A stretch of 64,000 nt of DNA. It comes from Octopus sinensis (Eukaryota). The position numbers and the translations under genes were made by a program. The stretch is taken from contig NC_043005.1 in NCBI RefSeq assembly GCF_006345805.1, forward strand, positions 24,800,001-24,864,000, read 5' to 3'. Below, in pieces: positions 25,880 to 38,691 of this stretch. A model generated the notes under the pieces. That model ran no database searches and was not told where the DNA came from. It worked only from the letters and a program-made list of their open reading frames with translations. How positions within the stretch are numbered: the first letter of the stretch is position 1; every line of letters starts with the position of its first letter.

Positions 25880-26200
25880 TTGTCCAATTTTGCTGTCCAC
25901 TGGCCTTTCTTTTCAGAGAAAATCGGTGCAAGCAATGTTTTTGCTCTAGACTTCAGCAAAGACTTCGACCGTATACCTCACCTACATATCGTGTCAAAAT
26001 TTTTCGCTTACAATCACTCCAAATCTCTTATCGGTAGATTCCAGTCACACGGGGTCTTTCTATTATACGTTGACTGATCTCTTGCTCGACTCTTTATTAA
26101 GCTTGGTGTTCTCCCAGGTTGGGTTTTGTTCCCCCACTATCTGCTTTCTGTATATCTGTGACCTCCTTACCGCCATATCCAACAACGTCAATTCGTATAC
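25880..26200 (+). mobile_element. LINE reverse transcriptase fragment (CR1/Jockey-like)
   Basis: ALDFSKDFDRIPH (LDxSKAFDxVxH), plus a frameshifted GVPQGSVLSP.LF..YI.DL-like motif at ~26105-26165. Confidence 0.75.
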
Positions 26201-26393
26201 AACTAAAATAATCACGTGGCAAATTCTATTTGAAAAGTGAGTGCAGTTCTGTGTGTGCTTCACTCACCATAATCAATTTCACGCACGAAAAATTCTTTGA
26301 AAACACACTAAGAATCCTTCACAAAGTTTTGATCAGCTGGAAGTATGTAATTACATTACGGAAGGGAAGCTCTAAGCAGCGATAAGTAAAACT

Positions 26394-26825
26394 GTAATGT
26401 AATTATCAGTCTGAATATGTTTGATGCACGTTCGAACTGGGGAACAAGCCACTCACTGCGTTTTGTCACGGAAAATATATCTCGCTTGTTGCCAAATGGT
26501 GTGTATGCACTTAGATCAGCTCGCAGCGCCACCTACCCAGACTGTGAGATGCTAGCATTTCAGAGTAGTTATCCCCTCTTCGGTCAGAGATACTAGGCAG
26601 ACGACGTTAGGAGCTGATTGAAGAGATTGGCTCTCTTGTGCTTTTCCAGTTACTATACAGTGACTGGTAGCGTTATACGGCGGCTCACCGTAAGTAAATT
26701 ACGGTGGGGAAGCGCTAAGCATTTGTCTACAAGCGAGATCTATTCTCTGTGACAAAACGCAGTGAGTATCTTGTCCCCCCAGTTCGAACGTGCATCGAGC
26801 ATATTCGGACTGATAACATTACAAT
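26394..26825. mobile_element. MITE with ~105 bp inverted arms
   Basis: 26394-26498 versus 26720-26825 (TATCAGTC..AATATG..GATGCACGTTCGAACTGGGG..CACTGCGTTTTGTCAC). Confidence 0.8.
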
Positions 26826-26867
26826 TACGTTAATTACAAACCTGCATGGGCTATTGGTCTCTCATTT

Positions 26868-27299
26868 GGATCTTTTCGGTTTGAACGGCAGTTTTTTCTA
26901 GCGGTGTCATATGAAATTGTCACCCATAATTATAACCCTAGTATCGATCTATTGTATTCCAATCTGTTTTAGGGTTGGGGTTAGTTAGGGTCAGGGGTGG
27001 GGGAAAGGGTATTTGTTTTTTCTTCACAAATGTAAATAAACCCAATCTGTTTCTTAAACGAGGGACATATTCATACGGCACAGAACTTTTTTCTTTACCT
27101 CAATAGACGTCAGTGATTGGTTGAAATTGCAGAAATTGAAGAAAAAACAACAACAAATATCTTACAAACTATAGAATTTTCTCAATAAAGCCAAGAGAAA
27201 AATATGTTTTATAAACACATTCTACCAGTAAACGAAGTTTTAAATTTTTTAGTTACCTAGACATTATATTAAAAACTGCCGTTCAAACCGAAAAGATCC
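26868..27299 (+). mobile_element. MITE with GGATC termini, 8-bp TSD and internal TTAGGG-like repeats (Merlin-like)
   Basis: TIR GGATCTTTTCGGTTTGAACGGCAGTTTT; TSD TCTCATTT at 26860-26867 and 27300-27307; second copy at 55592-56009. Confidence 0.9.
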
Positions 27300-27603
27300 T
27301 CTCATTTTCTTTTACATTGACTCTGTACTCCTTTGCAGGGGTAGCAGTGCTCATTTGTTAATCTGAACACATCTAGAAAAGGTGGTTTTAACAAAGCTTG
27401 CCTGATTCTGGAACCGACCTGCAGTCCCACGACTGGCAGTTGTCCTCTGTATGCGATCGACATTTGCATTCAAGAAATTTACAACTTTCCAAGAAGTGGT
27501 AATTTCCATCGCGTGCGCGTACGTGTAACGCGCGCGCACACATACCATTATTCATCGTAGATATACATAAATATGTCTGTCCATGCGGATAATTATATAT
27601 TGA

Positions 27604-27830
27604 TGCGAGCTGGCAGAAACGTTAGCACGCCGGGCGAAATGCGTAGCCGTATTTCGTCTGCCGTTACGTTCTGAGTTCAAATTCCTCCGAGGTCGACTTT
27701 GCCTTTCATTCTTTCGGTGTCGATGAATTAAGTACCAGTTACGCACTGGGTTCGATGTAATCGATTTAATCCGTTTGTCTGTCCTTGTTCGTCCCCTCTG
27801 TGTTTAGCCCCTTGTGGGTAGTAAAGAAAT
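27604..27830 (+). mobile_element. SINE family A (monomeric)
   Basis: Consensus match; TSD TATATATTGATGCG. Confidence 0.9.
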
Positions 27831-27885
27831 ATATATATTGATGCGTGTGTGTGTGGGTGTGTCTGTGTGTGTGTACATATAATTT

Positions 27886-28860
27886 TCACACACACACACA
27901 CACACATGCATAGTTGGGTGTTTTATTGTATTATCTCACCGCTACACGTGACAGACGACGGCATTTGAAGGTGGAGACAGAAATACGCATGAATTAATTA
28001 ACTAAAAATAAATAATATAGTAATATAAAATATAATAGATTCGGCAAATGATAAAAGATCTTAATCGAAATCTTGTGAGAGAAAATATAAAATTAAGTGT
28101 TGATGTCCTCAATAAACGCTGTTTTTAACACTCCTCACTTACGATGCGCCTCGAATTTTTTAACCCAAGGAATCCAGCGATTAAAATCTCGAAATTCCTT
28201 TACGCTTCAGCTATAAATTCATTTGCACCTTTTAATACAAACGCCTGTGTGTGTGTTTGTGTGTTACATATACACGCAAGATAAATAGATGCTTAAAATT
28301 CATAGCTATCTCTCTCTCTCTCTCTTTCTCCCTCTCCCTCTCTTTCTCTCTCTCTGTCACACACACACACACACACATGCATAGTTGGGTGTTTTATTGT
28401 ATTATCTCACCGCTACACGTGACAGACGACGGCATTTGAAGGTGGAGACAGAAATACGCATGAATTAATTAACTAAAAATAAATAATATAGTAATATAAA
28501 ATATAATAGATTCGGCAAATGATAAAAGATCTTAATCGAAATCTTGTGAGAGAAAATATAAAATTAAGTGTTGATGTCCTCAATAAACGCTGTTTTTAAC
28601 ACTCCTCACTTACGATGCGCCTCGAATTTTTTAACCCAAGGAATCCAGCGATTAAAATCTCGAAATTCCTTTACGCTTCAGCTATAAATTCATTTGCACC
28701 TTTTAATACAAACGCTGTGTGTGTGTTTGTGTGTTACATATACACGCAAGATAAATAGATGCTTAAAATTCATAGCTATCTCTCTCTCTCTCTTTCTCCC
28801 TCTCCCTCTCTTTCTCTCTCTCTGTCACACACACACACACACACACACATACACACACAT
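27886..28860. repeat. 471-bp near-identical tandem duplication bounded by (CA)n tracts
   Basis: TAGTTGGGTGTTTTATTG occurs at 27911 and 28382, and the sequences match through the unit. Confidence 0.95.
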
Positions 28861-28879
28861 GCACAGAAGATTTGAAAAT

Positions 28880-29380
28880 TCAACTATTTCTGCCGATATC
28901 GTTCCAAGTTTCTTGCAAATGTCTCATTATATAAGTTTTCTTCCAGAACTTCCTGAAGAGTACACGGGACATTTTCTGTAAGAAGTAGGCTAAGCTGTTT
29001 CCCTGATTGTTCTTCAGTGTTCCATTTGGCATCAGTTTGTGACATTAACAAATATTCTTCTGAAAGTTCATCTCTAAGAAATTAAACGAAAAGGAGGCCA
29101 CGGGATGTGTTACCCTAATTTTGAAACCTGTATTTGAAAGAAAATTCGTTGTTTATGACATACGTTTTAAAAGACTGTTTAAGAACACATTGTTATTCTT
29201 ATGCTTTGGTACACATATATTCTAATACGTCTGCGGCTTATTTCCGAAGTATTTCGGCCAATACTCTAGCACATTGTTATATGCTCTGATGAAGCTATAA
29301 AGTATTGCACGGGCACTCAACTGTGTGTGCAATGTTCCTTATAGCCGAAACAGCCATTAGCTAATGAAGGTGATCACGTA
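28880..29380 (+). mobile_element. Penelope-like element 3' remnant (possible GIY-YIG remnant plus pLTR)
   Basis: Weak peptide echoes (PEEYTG; LILKPV) followed by an HHR motif at 29283-29361. Confidence 0.45.
29283..29361 (+). ncRNA. Decayed type I hammerhead ribozyme motif
   Basis: GCT-CTGATGA-A-GCTATAA...ATTGCAC...GTGCAAT...TTATAGC-C-GAAAC-AGCCATT-AGC. Confidence 0.6.
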
Positions 29381-29404
29381 ACTCCTGCCCTTTTATCATC
29401 CATT

Positions 29405-29617
29405 TATTCTTTTCTAAGCACAAGGCCCGAAATTTTTGGAGAGCTGGCCAGTCGATTAGATCGATCCCAGTGCGCAACTGATACTTAATTTATCGACTCC
29501 GAAAGGATGAAAGGCAAACTCGAGTTCGGTGGAATTTGAACTCAGAACGTAAAGACAGACGAAATACCACTAAGCATTTCACCCGGCGTGCTAACGTTTC
29601 TGCCAGCTCGCCGCCTT
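29405..29617 (-). mobile_element. SINE family A (monomeric, alternative tail)
   Basis: Consensus match. Confidence 0.9.
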
Positions 29618-29929
29618 TATTATCATACATTAGTCAATTAACTAATACTACGCTCTGTACTGACCTTCTGGTTGATGTTCGGGGCTGGAGCTGAAGATTT
29701 CAATGAATTCACACCTCCACGCAACTGGACTTTAGTAATATTAGGCTTTATAGCTATTTTGAATTCTGACTGGTTATTGGTACCGCTATGACAATACACA
29801 ATTACTTGGCGGTTTCTGTGCCTGAGGATACAGATGTAATTGTGTTTGTGTGTATGTGTACAGGTGTACCTCTGTTGTGTGTATTATGTATGTATGTCTT
29901 TCTGTGTGTGCGTATATTTTCCTGTATGG

Positions 29930-30255
29930 CTATTTTAGGGGAAGAGGTTAGTCGATTACATCGATCCAATACGTAACTCGTACTTATTGCACCGATCCCC
30001 GAAAGAATTAAAAAGCAAAGTCGACCTAGGCGGAATTTGAACTCAGAACGAAATACTGCTAAGCATTTCGCCCGGCGCGCTAACGATTCTGCCACATACA
30101 CACACATATATGATGGGCTTCCCGTCTACCAAATCCACTCACAAGGCTTTGGTCGGCCCGAGGCTATAATAGAAGACACTTGCCCAAGGTGCCACGTAGT
30201 GGGACTGAACCCGGTAAGCAAACTACTTACCACACACACAGTCACGCCTGCGCCT
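29930..30255 (-). mobile_element. Adjacent SINE A (29930-30093) and SINE C head (30100-30255)
   Basis: Consensus matches. Confidence 0.8.
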
Positions 30256-31070
30256 TAACAAAACCACTAATAATAATGAATTTATGCATATATATACATG
30301 TATGTGTGTGTGATAGTTCTCAGAAAAAAAATATCTTAATGATTTAGATGTCTTATATGTTATCTCAATCAAAGGTTTTCCTTTTTTTATACCACTGTTT
30401 GTATAAGTGTGTGTGTGTATACTCTGAAAATACATCCTCCCACATCTACTGTGTATTCACATACAAAAGGTCATGAAAAAGTGGACTAATTGATTTTGAT
30501 GTATCTAAAATGACTCACATACTCTCACATCCATGCGATCAATTGTAATGTTCGTAAATCTACACTTATCCGCATAAATGTGCCACACACGCATCTAAAC
30601 ACGTCACTGACTCGAGCGCGCTCACACACGCAAAGACACACACGTACACACACACACATACACACATATATATACATATACTCATTCTTGTTTAAACTTG
30701 TATGTCTAGGGGCGACTGGAAAGAAAGAAGTGGGTGACTGTCTGTTAGAAGCCTATGAAGCCAAGTCACGTGTTGCACAAGCTAAATAAAGAAAACAACG
30801 CAACAAAAAATAAAAATTCCTTCCAGAATATTCTTCAAATCTTCGTCCATTTCGGCTCATTATTTACTATAACCAGGACCGGATCCAATGAAGGTGGCAG
30901 TGGTGGTGGTGGTGGGGGGGGATGGGGCTGAGGTGTACGTGCCCCACTGAAGAAAAGAAGCGCGCCTTTCTAAATAATATTATTACGCCATTTTCTCTTA
31001 GAATTCTATTCCCTTCTGACCTTATGTCCACCCTTCGAAAAATTCCTGGGACCGCGCCTGATAACCCCTA

Positions 31071-31071
<1 letters not shown>

Positions 31072-31157
<86 letters not shown>
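31072..31157. repeat. (CA)n microsatellite
   Basis: Directly visible. Confidence 0.95.
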
Positions 31158-31191
31158 TTTTGTTCATGCGCAAAGAAAGCAATTAATTATT

Positions 31192-31398
31192 GGTGAGCTG
31201 GTAGAATGGTTAGTACGCCGGACAAAATGCTTAGCGGCATTTCGTCCGTATTTACGTTGGAATTCAAATTCCGCCGAGGTCGACTTGGGCCTTTCACCCT
31301 TTCGGAGGTCAATAAATTAAGTACCTGTTGAGCACTGGGGTCAGTGTAATCGACTTACCCCCTTCCCCGTAATTGCTGGCCTTGTGCCATAATTCGAA
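31192..31398 (+). mobile_element. SINE family A (older copy)
   Basis: Diverged consensus match. Confidence 0.8.
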
Positions 31399-31469
31399 AC
31401 CAATATTTCTTGAAGATTTCTTTGATACCACTTTCGCGTGCGGTCTACTCGGCCATTTACGCTTTATTT

Positions 31470-31860
31470 TATTCTTTTATTTGTTTCAGTCATTTGACTG
31501 CGGCCATGCTGGAGCACCGCCTTTAGTCGAACAAATGGACTCCAAGGCTTATTCTTTGTAAGCCTAGTACTTATTTCTGCTAAATTTTAATAAAAATATG
31601 CATATACTCATATTTTAAGTTCTATTTCGATCACCACACGCACACAAACACATACATACATACATACATACATAGTGTGTGTCTTTGTGTCTGTTTGTCC
31701 ACCTCATCACCGGTGTCGGTGTGTAAGTTCCGTAACTTAGCGGTTGGGCAAAAGAGACTAATAGAAGAAGTAGCAGTATTTTAAAAAAATAAGCATTGGG
31801 TCGATTCTTCAAGACGGTGCCCCAGCATGGCCGCAGTCAAAACACTGAAACAAGTGAAGG
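31470..31860. mobile_element. Two SINE C tail fragments in opposite orientation (31470-31575 -, 31675-31860 +)
   Basis: Family C tail motifs on both strands. Confidence 0.8.
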
Positions 31861-31919
31861 ATGACAACCTGTGGGTGTTATAAAGTTGGAAGAACGATTG
31901 TTAGCCACAGTGTAATTTA

Positions 31920-32315
31920 TTCTTTTCTAGTCTCGGCACAAGGCCCGAAACTTTTGGGGAGGGGGGTCAGTCAATTAGATCGACTCCAGTACACAACTGG
32001 TACTTAATTCATCGACCCGAAAGGATGAAAGGCAAGTCGACCTCGGCGGAATTTGAACTCAGAACGTAACGGCAGACGAAATACCTATTTCTTTACTACC
32101 CACAAGGGGCTAAACACAGAGAGGACAAACAAGGACAGACAAACGGTTTAAGTCGATTACATCAACCCCAGTGTGTGACTGGTACTTAATTTATCGACCC
32201 CGAAAGGATGAAAGGCAAAATCGACCTCGGCGGAATTTGAACTCAGAACGTAACGGCAGACGAAATACGGCTACGCATTTCGCCCGGCCTGCGAACCTTT
32301 TCTGCCAACTCGTCA
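31920..32315 (-). mobile_element. SINE family A (dimeric)
   Basis: Consensus match. Confidence 0.9.
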
Positions 32316-33641
32316 CGGTCACAGTTTAAAAACTTTTGATCAAGCAAACTCATAATCTAAAACATTCCAGCCGTGGCTATCCCGTCTATATTTAAAGAGT
32401 ATTTTAGACTGCGTTATCTAATGCGTCCTTTCTTTTCACCAAACGTTAGAATGTATTATGAGGGTCATTTAGCTGCGATGGTTTAACACTACCGCATGAA
32501 ACTGCGGTACCTACAGCGGGGTTCATTCTGTTACCAGAATCCCATACAAATCCCTTAGGATTACTTCCTTTCTCCCTTCCACGAGTCACGTGGGTGGTGG
32601 TGGTTACGAAAAGATTATATTCTTCGAATTAGCCTAAAAGAAAAAAGGGAATGGACCTTGTAGAAGCCTTTTTATCGGTGGTTACCTATCTTTTATTGGT
32701 GGTGACCCTAAAACAAATTTTCTCTAACATTGTTTCATTTGCTTCCTTTATCATACATCTTAAACTTCAAAGTCCCCTTTTTTCCCGTTTTTTTTTTTGC
32801 AAAAAAAGGACGAAAAAAAAAAGGAAATATTTTATGCCACTTAATTGAATTGAATGTTGTTTAAAGTTAATGTTCAAGTTAACGTATGGTTATACCGGAA
32901 ACACACATACACACACATTAATGTGTGTGTATGTATGTATGTATGTATGTATACGTATCAATGGGTATATATTCTTGTATGCATATATGTATGTTAGTAT
33001 ATATACGTTTGTATGTTGTTATTTAATCCTGAATTTGCTCCGGTCTTAACCCATCAAACACGCGTTGCCTTCTTTCATTTATCTTTGAACAGATCCAAGA
33101 GAATTCCTGACAGTTCAAAGGAATTCATTTGCTATATCTTATGTTTGTACCTAAAGTATTTTTTTTTTGTATTTTTACCGATATCTCGTTTCTTGTCCCC
33201 CCCCCGCACACGTCGTGTGTGATATTTGCTTCTCCCCGATATTCTCAGATGATCCCTTGACACTTTCATCAGCATGACAAATGTAAGTTGGCAACCGGTA
33301 ATCAACGACGCCATTGTTGAAAAAAATGTGGCAATATAGTATTACCAAATGAAACGTTTTAGAAATAGCAGTAAAATCTCTCTTAAATTGCATCCAACTG
33401 TTGTTGAAAAAGAGTACAGAGGGAATATGGTCCTATGTGTATTGTGCAAAGGGGAACGATAAGATAGTCACGGTTGGAAAGTCTTTGATCGTAGGTTACC
33501 TTGATCAGGTTTGACCTGGGGTTGAACGAGAACAGCGTTCCAAGAATCAACACTTTTTTATGGCAATACGCACTAGAAAGAATCTAGTCTGTCTGTCTGT
33601 TTGCCTCTGTGTCTGTCCATCTCCCTCTCTCCCTCACGCAT

Positions 33642-33681
<40 letters not shown>

Positions 33682-33849
33682 TACCTCGACTCCCACATAT
33701 ACACTACCATAACCTAGAGAATAAAACCACAGGACGTTTACATAAGCAGTTAGAAACACATTAAATGTAGGACAGCAAAATATACATGGGAGTGTAGAGA
33801 GGGCAGTTGCAGGGGCAACAACTGAAGCAAAGGAAACGATTGAAGTAGA

Positions 33850-34260
33850 GGCAGCACTTTTCCCAGCATGAGTAGGTGATGAGGAACGACGAATAGAAAA
33901 TAATAAAAAGTATGGGATCTTTTAAAATTATCCCCGAGCAGCTGTTAATACAATATAATCTACCTACCCTGTAGAGAATTGTTATGATGTCATAAATAAA
34001 TAAATAAATATGGTTTGGGATTTTAAGGAGAAATTAACATGGTGGGTGGATAACAGTCTAATCTCTTCAGTTAAGAGAGATTAGAAAATGAATTTGGAGG
34101 AAATCAGGCCAGGCGGCGATGAATGAAAGACTCAGCGTTGGAGTTAGAATTCTGAGTTTCAAGATTGGTAAAATCGTATGGAGAATAGGAATCGATTTAG
34201 TAGGGAGGGTAGTGGGACAGTCCCTCGCATGATTGGTGACCCACCATAATGTCAAGGACA
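33850..34260 (-). mobile_element. Decayed CR1/L2-like LINE 3' fragment
   Basis: Broken motifs TKSIP..LRILT..HRRLA and FSIR resemble FTKRIP..LSY.ERL..L..RRL..DL and FFSNRVV. Confidence 0.45.
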
Positions 34261-34544
34261 AATGTTAGTTTCTTTTTTTTTTTTCTTTTTTTTTTGAAGT
34301 TTTTCAAAAAGAGTAAAAGTTGTAAGTCTACGTGTTGGAAAAGCTATCACTTCTACGCGGGTAAATAAAAGGGCAAAAACCTGGATGTCCCCACTTCTTC
34401 GAGTTTTAGTATCTCTGGGTTTCATACAACGGGTATTACGACTCTCAACGATTTTTTTCCCCCAGCAATTACATTTTTTTTTCTTATATTTTCTCCTTCC
34501 TTTCTCATGAATGAGGTAGCGATAGCTATTTCGAAACTCAGTGA

Positions 34545-34705
34545 ATGCATTTCGCTCGTCGCTACGTTTTGAGTTCAAATCCCGCCGAGGTCGACTTTAT
34601 TTTTCATCCTTTCGGGGTCGGTAAAATAAGTACCAATTGAGTACTGGAGTCGGTGTAATCGACTAGACCCCTTCCCCAAAATATCAGGCCTTATGCTTGT
34701 AGTAG
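34545..34705 (+). mobile_element. SINE family A fragment
   Basis: Consensus match. Confidence 0.8.
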
Positions 34706-35224
34706 CAAGGTTCTTTTTATTATTCTCTCTTGCCTCTTCTACTAAAATGGTTTGTGATCGTCTGAAGTAGAAAGCTGTGTATCTACCTCCTCTCAAATGC
34801 ATTTGACATCTGAACCGTATCTCTAGCTTCCCCAGCCTTAAATTCAACTTTTCCTTCCCAATTTCCCTCTTAAATTTTCTTCCTGTCCATCAACCTACAA
34901 TAACTTCAGCTGAACATGAACTCCATCGATCCCTTACCTGTGTGGGAGGGAGTACAAAAACCTCGGCCAATGATTAAACATTACAACATAACAATTCTAT
35001 TCTTGGGTAGTGGAGGACATGAAAAAGGAAAGTTGTGAGTGTGAGCTATCATCTGTTCAATCGGTTGCTTAAATGAAATTGTAATTTCATTGGAGAAAAC
35101 AGTGAAATATATGTAAGAATTATACTTACCATCTCGGTATATCACTGTCCTTTATTTTTATGGACAGATGATGATCGAAAAGTAAAGATGTTCTTATCTG
35201 ATTTGAACACAAATTCTGCCTTTT

Positions 35225-35620
35225 CTTTTATTCTTATACTTGTTTCAGTTATTAGACTGCGGCCATGATAAAGCACCGCTACGACGGCGTTAGTCAAACA
35301 AATTGATCATCCTGCTCACATTTTTTAAGGTCTATTACTTATTCTGTCAGCCACTTTGCGGAACCTATGTTATGGGGGAGACGTAAAGAAACCAGACCGT
35401 TTGCCAAACGGTGTGGGGATTAACGCAAAGACAGACAGATTAAAAACACATAGTCGCAACGGGTTTCCACAAAGTTTCCATTTATCAGATTTACTCTCAA
35501 GGCACAGATCCGCCTGGGGTTATAGTAATATACAGCTGCCCAAGGTGTCGTGCAGTTGGACTGAACCCGCAATCATGTGGTTGCGAAGCGAACTTCTTAA
35601 CCACGCTGCCATGCTTACAC
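35225..35620 (-). mobile_element. SINE family C (old, diverged)
   Basis: Degenerate head and tail motifs. Confidence 0.7.
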
Positions 35621-35941
35621 CTATAGATTATGCGGCAGGGGGGAAAAAAAACAACAACCTAAGTATTGTTAATAAGTTTTACAGAGGAGGGACAGAGCCC
35701 ATTATCTCTATAAGTCACTCGAGATTGGTGAGATAAGTGTTGATGACTCTCTGCTTTGTTATGTTCATCTGCAGATGTTTAACAAGAATTTGGAGTGTGG
35801 ATTTGGCGCAAATGCTTGCTACAGAATGAACTATTCTCAAGATGTTTAGACAAAGACTATACGGTGGTGGCGATGTGTTAGGCCAAACATCTAAAATTCG
35901 CTCAGAAAGAGAAACTGTGTTTGTGTGTAAATAAGTCTGCA

Positions 35942-36129
35942 CAGTAATCTCTCGACTATCGCGGGTGTTACGTTCCAGAACCTCCCACAGAAATAATTAA
36001 GATCTAAAAAAATATAAATACCTATCAGCCATCCTGACGAGTCCGCAATATAAATTATATATTAGCCACGAAAATCCGCGATGTACTGAGAGCGCGATAA
36101 ATGAACCGCGATATGGCGAGAGATTACTG
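35942..36129. mobile_element. Tigger/pogo-like MITE
   Basis: TIR CAGTAATCTCTCG / CGAGAGATTACTG, TA on the right flank and CGCGAT subterminal repeats. Confidence 0.8.
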
Positions 36130-36919
36130 TACATGTGCGTGTGTGATTGTGAGATAAATAGAGAGGTTGGGTGAACGTGTGAGGGTAGGATGATCAAGTT
36201 TTAAGTAGGCACTCATAAAATACATGTTATCAGATAAGCGAAATTAATATGTACGTTGGCAAGTCGGACATTTTTAGATACGTCTTTAAGTATATCAATA
36301 GTATAACAGTGGTGCGTAGACTAGAAGCTGTATGAATTTTGCTTCTCAGTCAATGAAGGTCTCTTTCTTTCTATTACTGAATACACTATATTCTACTCTC
36401 CCTTTCACTCTGATTTTTCTACCTCGTCAATAAGAAACAATAAAACCATCCCAGGGTACTTTTTTTTGGCGCAAACCTAAAGTGACACCTGGATGATGAA
36501 TAACAATCGTTTCTGAAATAGGAATTTTCGGGGAAAGAACGATCGATTGCATCGACCTCCAGCACTTGAGTGACGATTCATTTTGTGGACATCGGAAAGA
36601 TAAATGACGAAGTTGACTGCGACTGGATTTGAACTTAGAAGAAAAGTGACTCGTGACTGTTTATTGTAAGGTATTTTGTCTGATGCTCTAACAGTTCTGC
36701 CAATCCGTCACAGCCATTGAACGTCGCAAAGCAATTTTTCCGATGTTGTCACGATTCTAATTCACTACCCTCAACAATACTATTTCTTGTATTTTTCACC
36801 GAAGCATCAGATGAGGGGATATTATAAAGATAGTTTACAATTTGTGAGGGGGTTACATAAAAAGAAGGGAAGAAAGGGTGAGGAGGGTGAGATGACTTTA
36901 AAAATATGCACTGTAGATG

Positions 36920-36985
36920 GTGGCACCTTGGGCCAGTGTCTTCTGCGATAGCCTCAGACCGACCAGAAACTGAAAGAAGCCTGTC

Positions 36986-37037
<52 letters not shown>

Positions 37038-37580
37038 GTTTTATTTGTTTCAGTCATTTGACTGCGACCATGCTGGAGCACCACCTTTTGCCGAACAGCT
37101 AAGTTTCGGGGACGTGAACACACTAACATCGTTTGTCAAGCGATGGTTGGGGGACAAACACAGACACACACATGCACATATATACGACGAGCTTCTTTAA
37201 GTTTCCGTCTATCAAATCCACTCACAAGGCTTTGGTCGACCCGAGGCACTTGTAGAAGACACTTACCCAAAGTGCCACGCAGTGGGACTGAACCCGGAAC
37301 CATATGGTTGGTAAGTAAGCTACTTACCACACAGCCACTCCTGCGCCTATATATATGTGTGTGTGTGTATGTGTTTGTCCCCTACCATGTTTGACAACTG
37401 ATATGGATTTGTTTACGTGCCTGTAGCTAGCGGTTCGTCAAAAGAAACCGATAGAATAAGTATCAGGCTTACAAAGGATAAGTTCTGGGGTCGATTTCTT
37501 CGACTGAAAAAAAAAAATGTTTAAGGCAGTGCTCCAGTATGGACACAGTCAAATGACTGAAACGAGTAAAAAAATAAAAG
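36920..37580. mobile_element. SINE C (+) with a second SINE C (-, 37040-37348) nested in its microsatellite
   Basis: Outer 5' part 36920-36990 and 3' part 37365-37580; inner near-complete antisense copy. Confidence 0.8.
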
Positions 37581-37679
37581 AAGATGGATGATGTAGTTCT
37601 GATACAGAAAAGCTTCTAACAGACCCCAAATCATCCTAATCGCGAAGGGCACAAACCGTCGCTCATTTTTCAATCTACC

Positions 37680-37860
37680 AGCCTTTGCTTAAACTCTTTC
37701 AATTCACCTTAATCGTTTTTGACAAATTCACTGAGAGAAAACATCTTTGTCTCCACCATCATTTCCCTTTCAAAGTGGAAGTTGAAAAAGTTGATGAGGC
37801 CTTGGCCGAAGAGAGGAGTGTTTGTCCGCAAATCTTTCAATTTCGTCCGCCCTCGTCAAT
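37680..37860 (-). mobile_element. L1/Tx1-like LINE 3' fragment
   Basis: Homologous to 61930-62100 (GQGLINFFNFHFE..). Confidence 0.75.
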
Positions 37861-38060
37861 AGTATTTCTACTAATACTAATAATAATAATATTAATATAA
37901 CAAACGTTGAATCTAAAATGGTGATATCACGTTTTATTTTCAGCATCTCTTAGTATATTATGACTTAAGAGTTGTTTAGAGAATTAATTAAACAGATGTT
38001 GCTATCTGATGCTCATTTAAATATTGGTTTTACTGTTTTTTAAAATGTGCGCGAGCATGC

Positions 38061-38099
<39 letters not shown>

Positions 38100-38505
38100 T
38101 GTCAAGTTATTTTTTTATGAGGTGAAGTAGAAATTTTGGGCGTTCATTTTTTTATGAGCTTTGTGATGAGAAAAGAAAAGGTTCTCTTAGAGATAAAAAT
38201 CGAAAGTATGCAAGTATCTCGCTAATTCAACCCGTCTGGAATATTTTGGTTTGCATCAATGAGTTTACTGAAATATGCCTCTATTGTTCTTTGTTGAGGT
38301 AGAAGAGTCATGTCGTGTGGCAGGAAGAGGTGTGATATGTACTGTTGGTACGTTCATGCTTCTACTTAAAGCATTTAGCGTTGTACAAAGAAAGGCTTTT
38401 ATCGACCGAGAAACAAAGTTGGTTCCCGGGTTTTCGCTCTATAAGTATCTTGTCTACTTAAGATCCATTATTACTCTGACTGCGTTGCATGCCATTTCTC
38501 TACAC

Positions 38506-38691
38506 TAGTGCTCCGCAATCTTTTTTCACTAGCGGCACACTTATATTCATTACAACATTCGGTGGCACACCTGAACTAAAAATGTGACTAAAAGTATAAG
38601 GAAGAAAATTATATTCAGGTTACACTGTGGCACACCTAGCATCGTCTCATGGCACTCCAGTGTGCTGCCGCATATCCGTTGCGGAGCACTG
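38506..38691. mobile_element. hAT (Charlie/Buster-type) MITE
   Basis: TIR (T/C)AGTGCTCCGCAA / TTGCGGAGCACTG; 8-bp TSD CTCTACA(C/T); GGCACAC subterminal repeats. Confidence 0.85.

Noticed and set aside
26969-27010. Interstitial telomere or chromosome fusion scar
   Set aside because: Only a few degenerate TTAGGG units, internal to a TIR-bounded MITE present twice.
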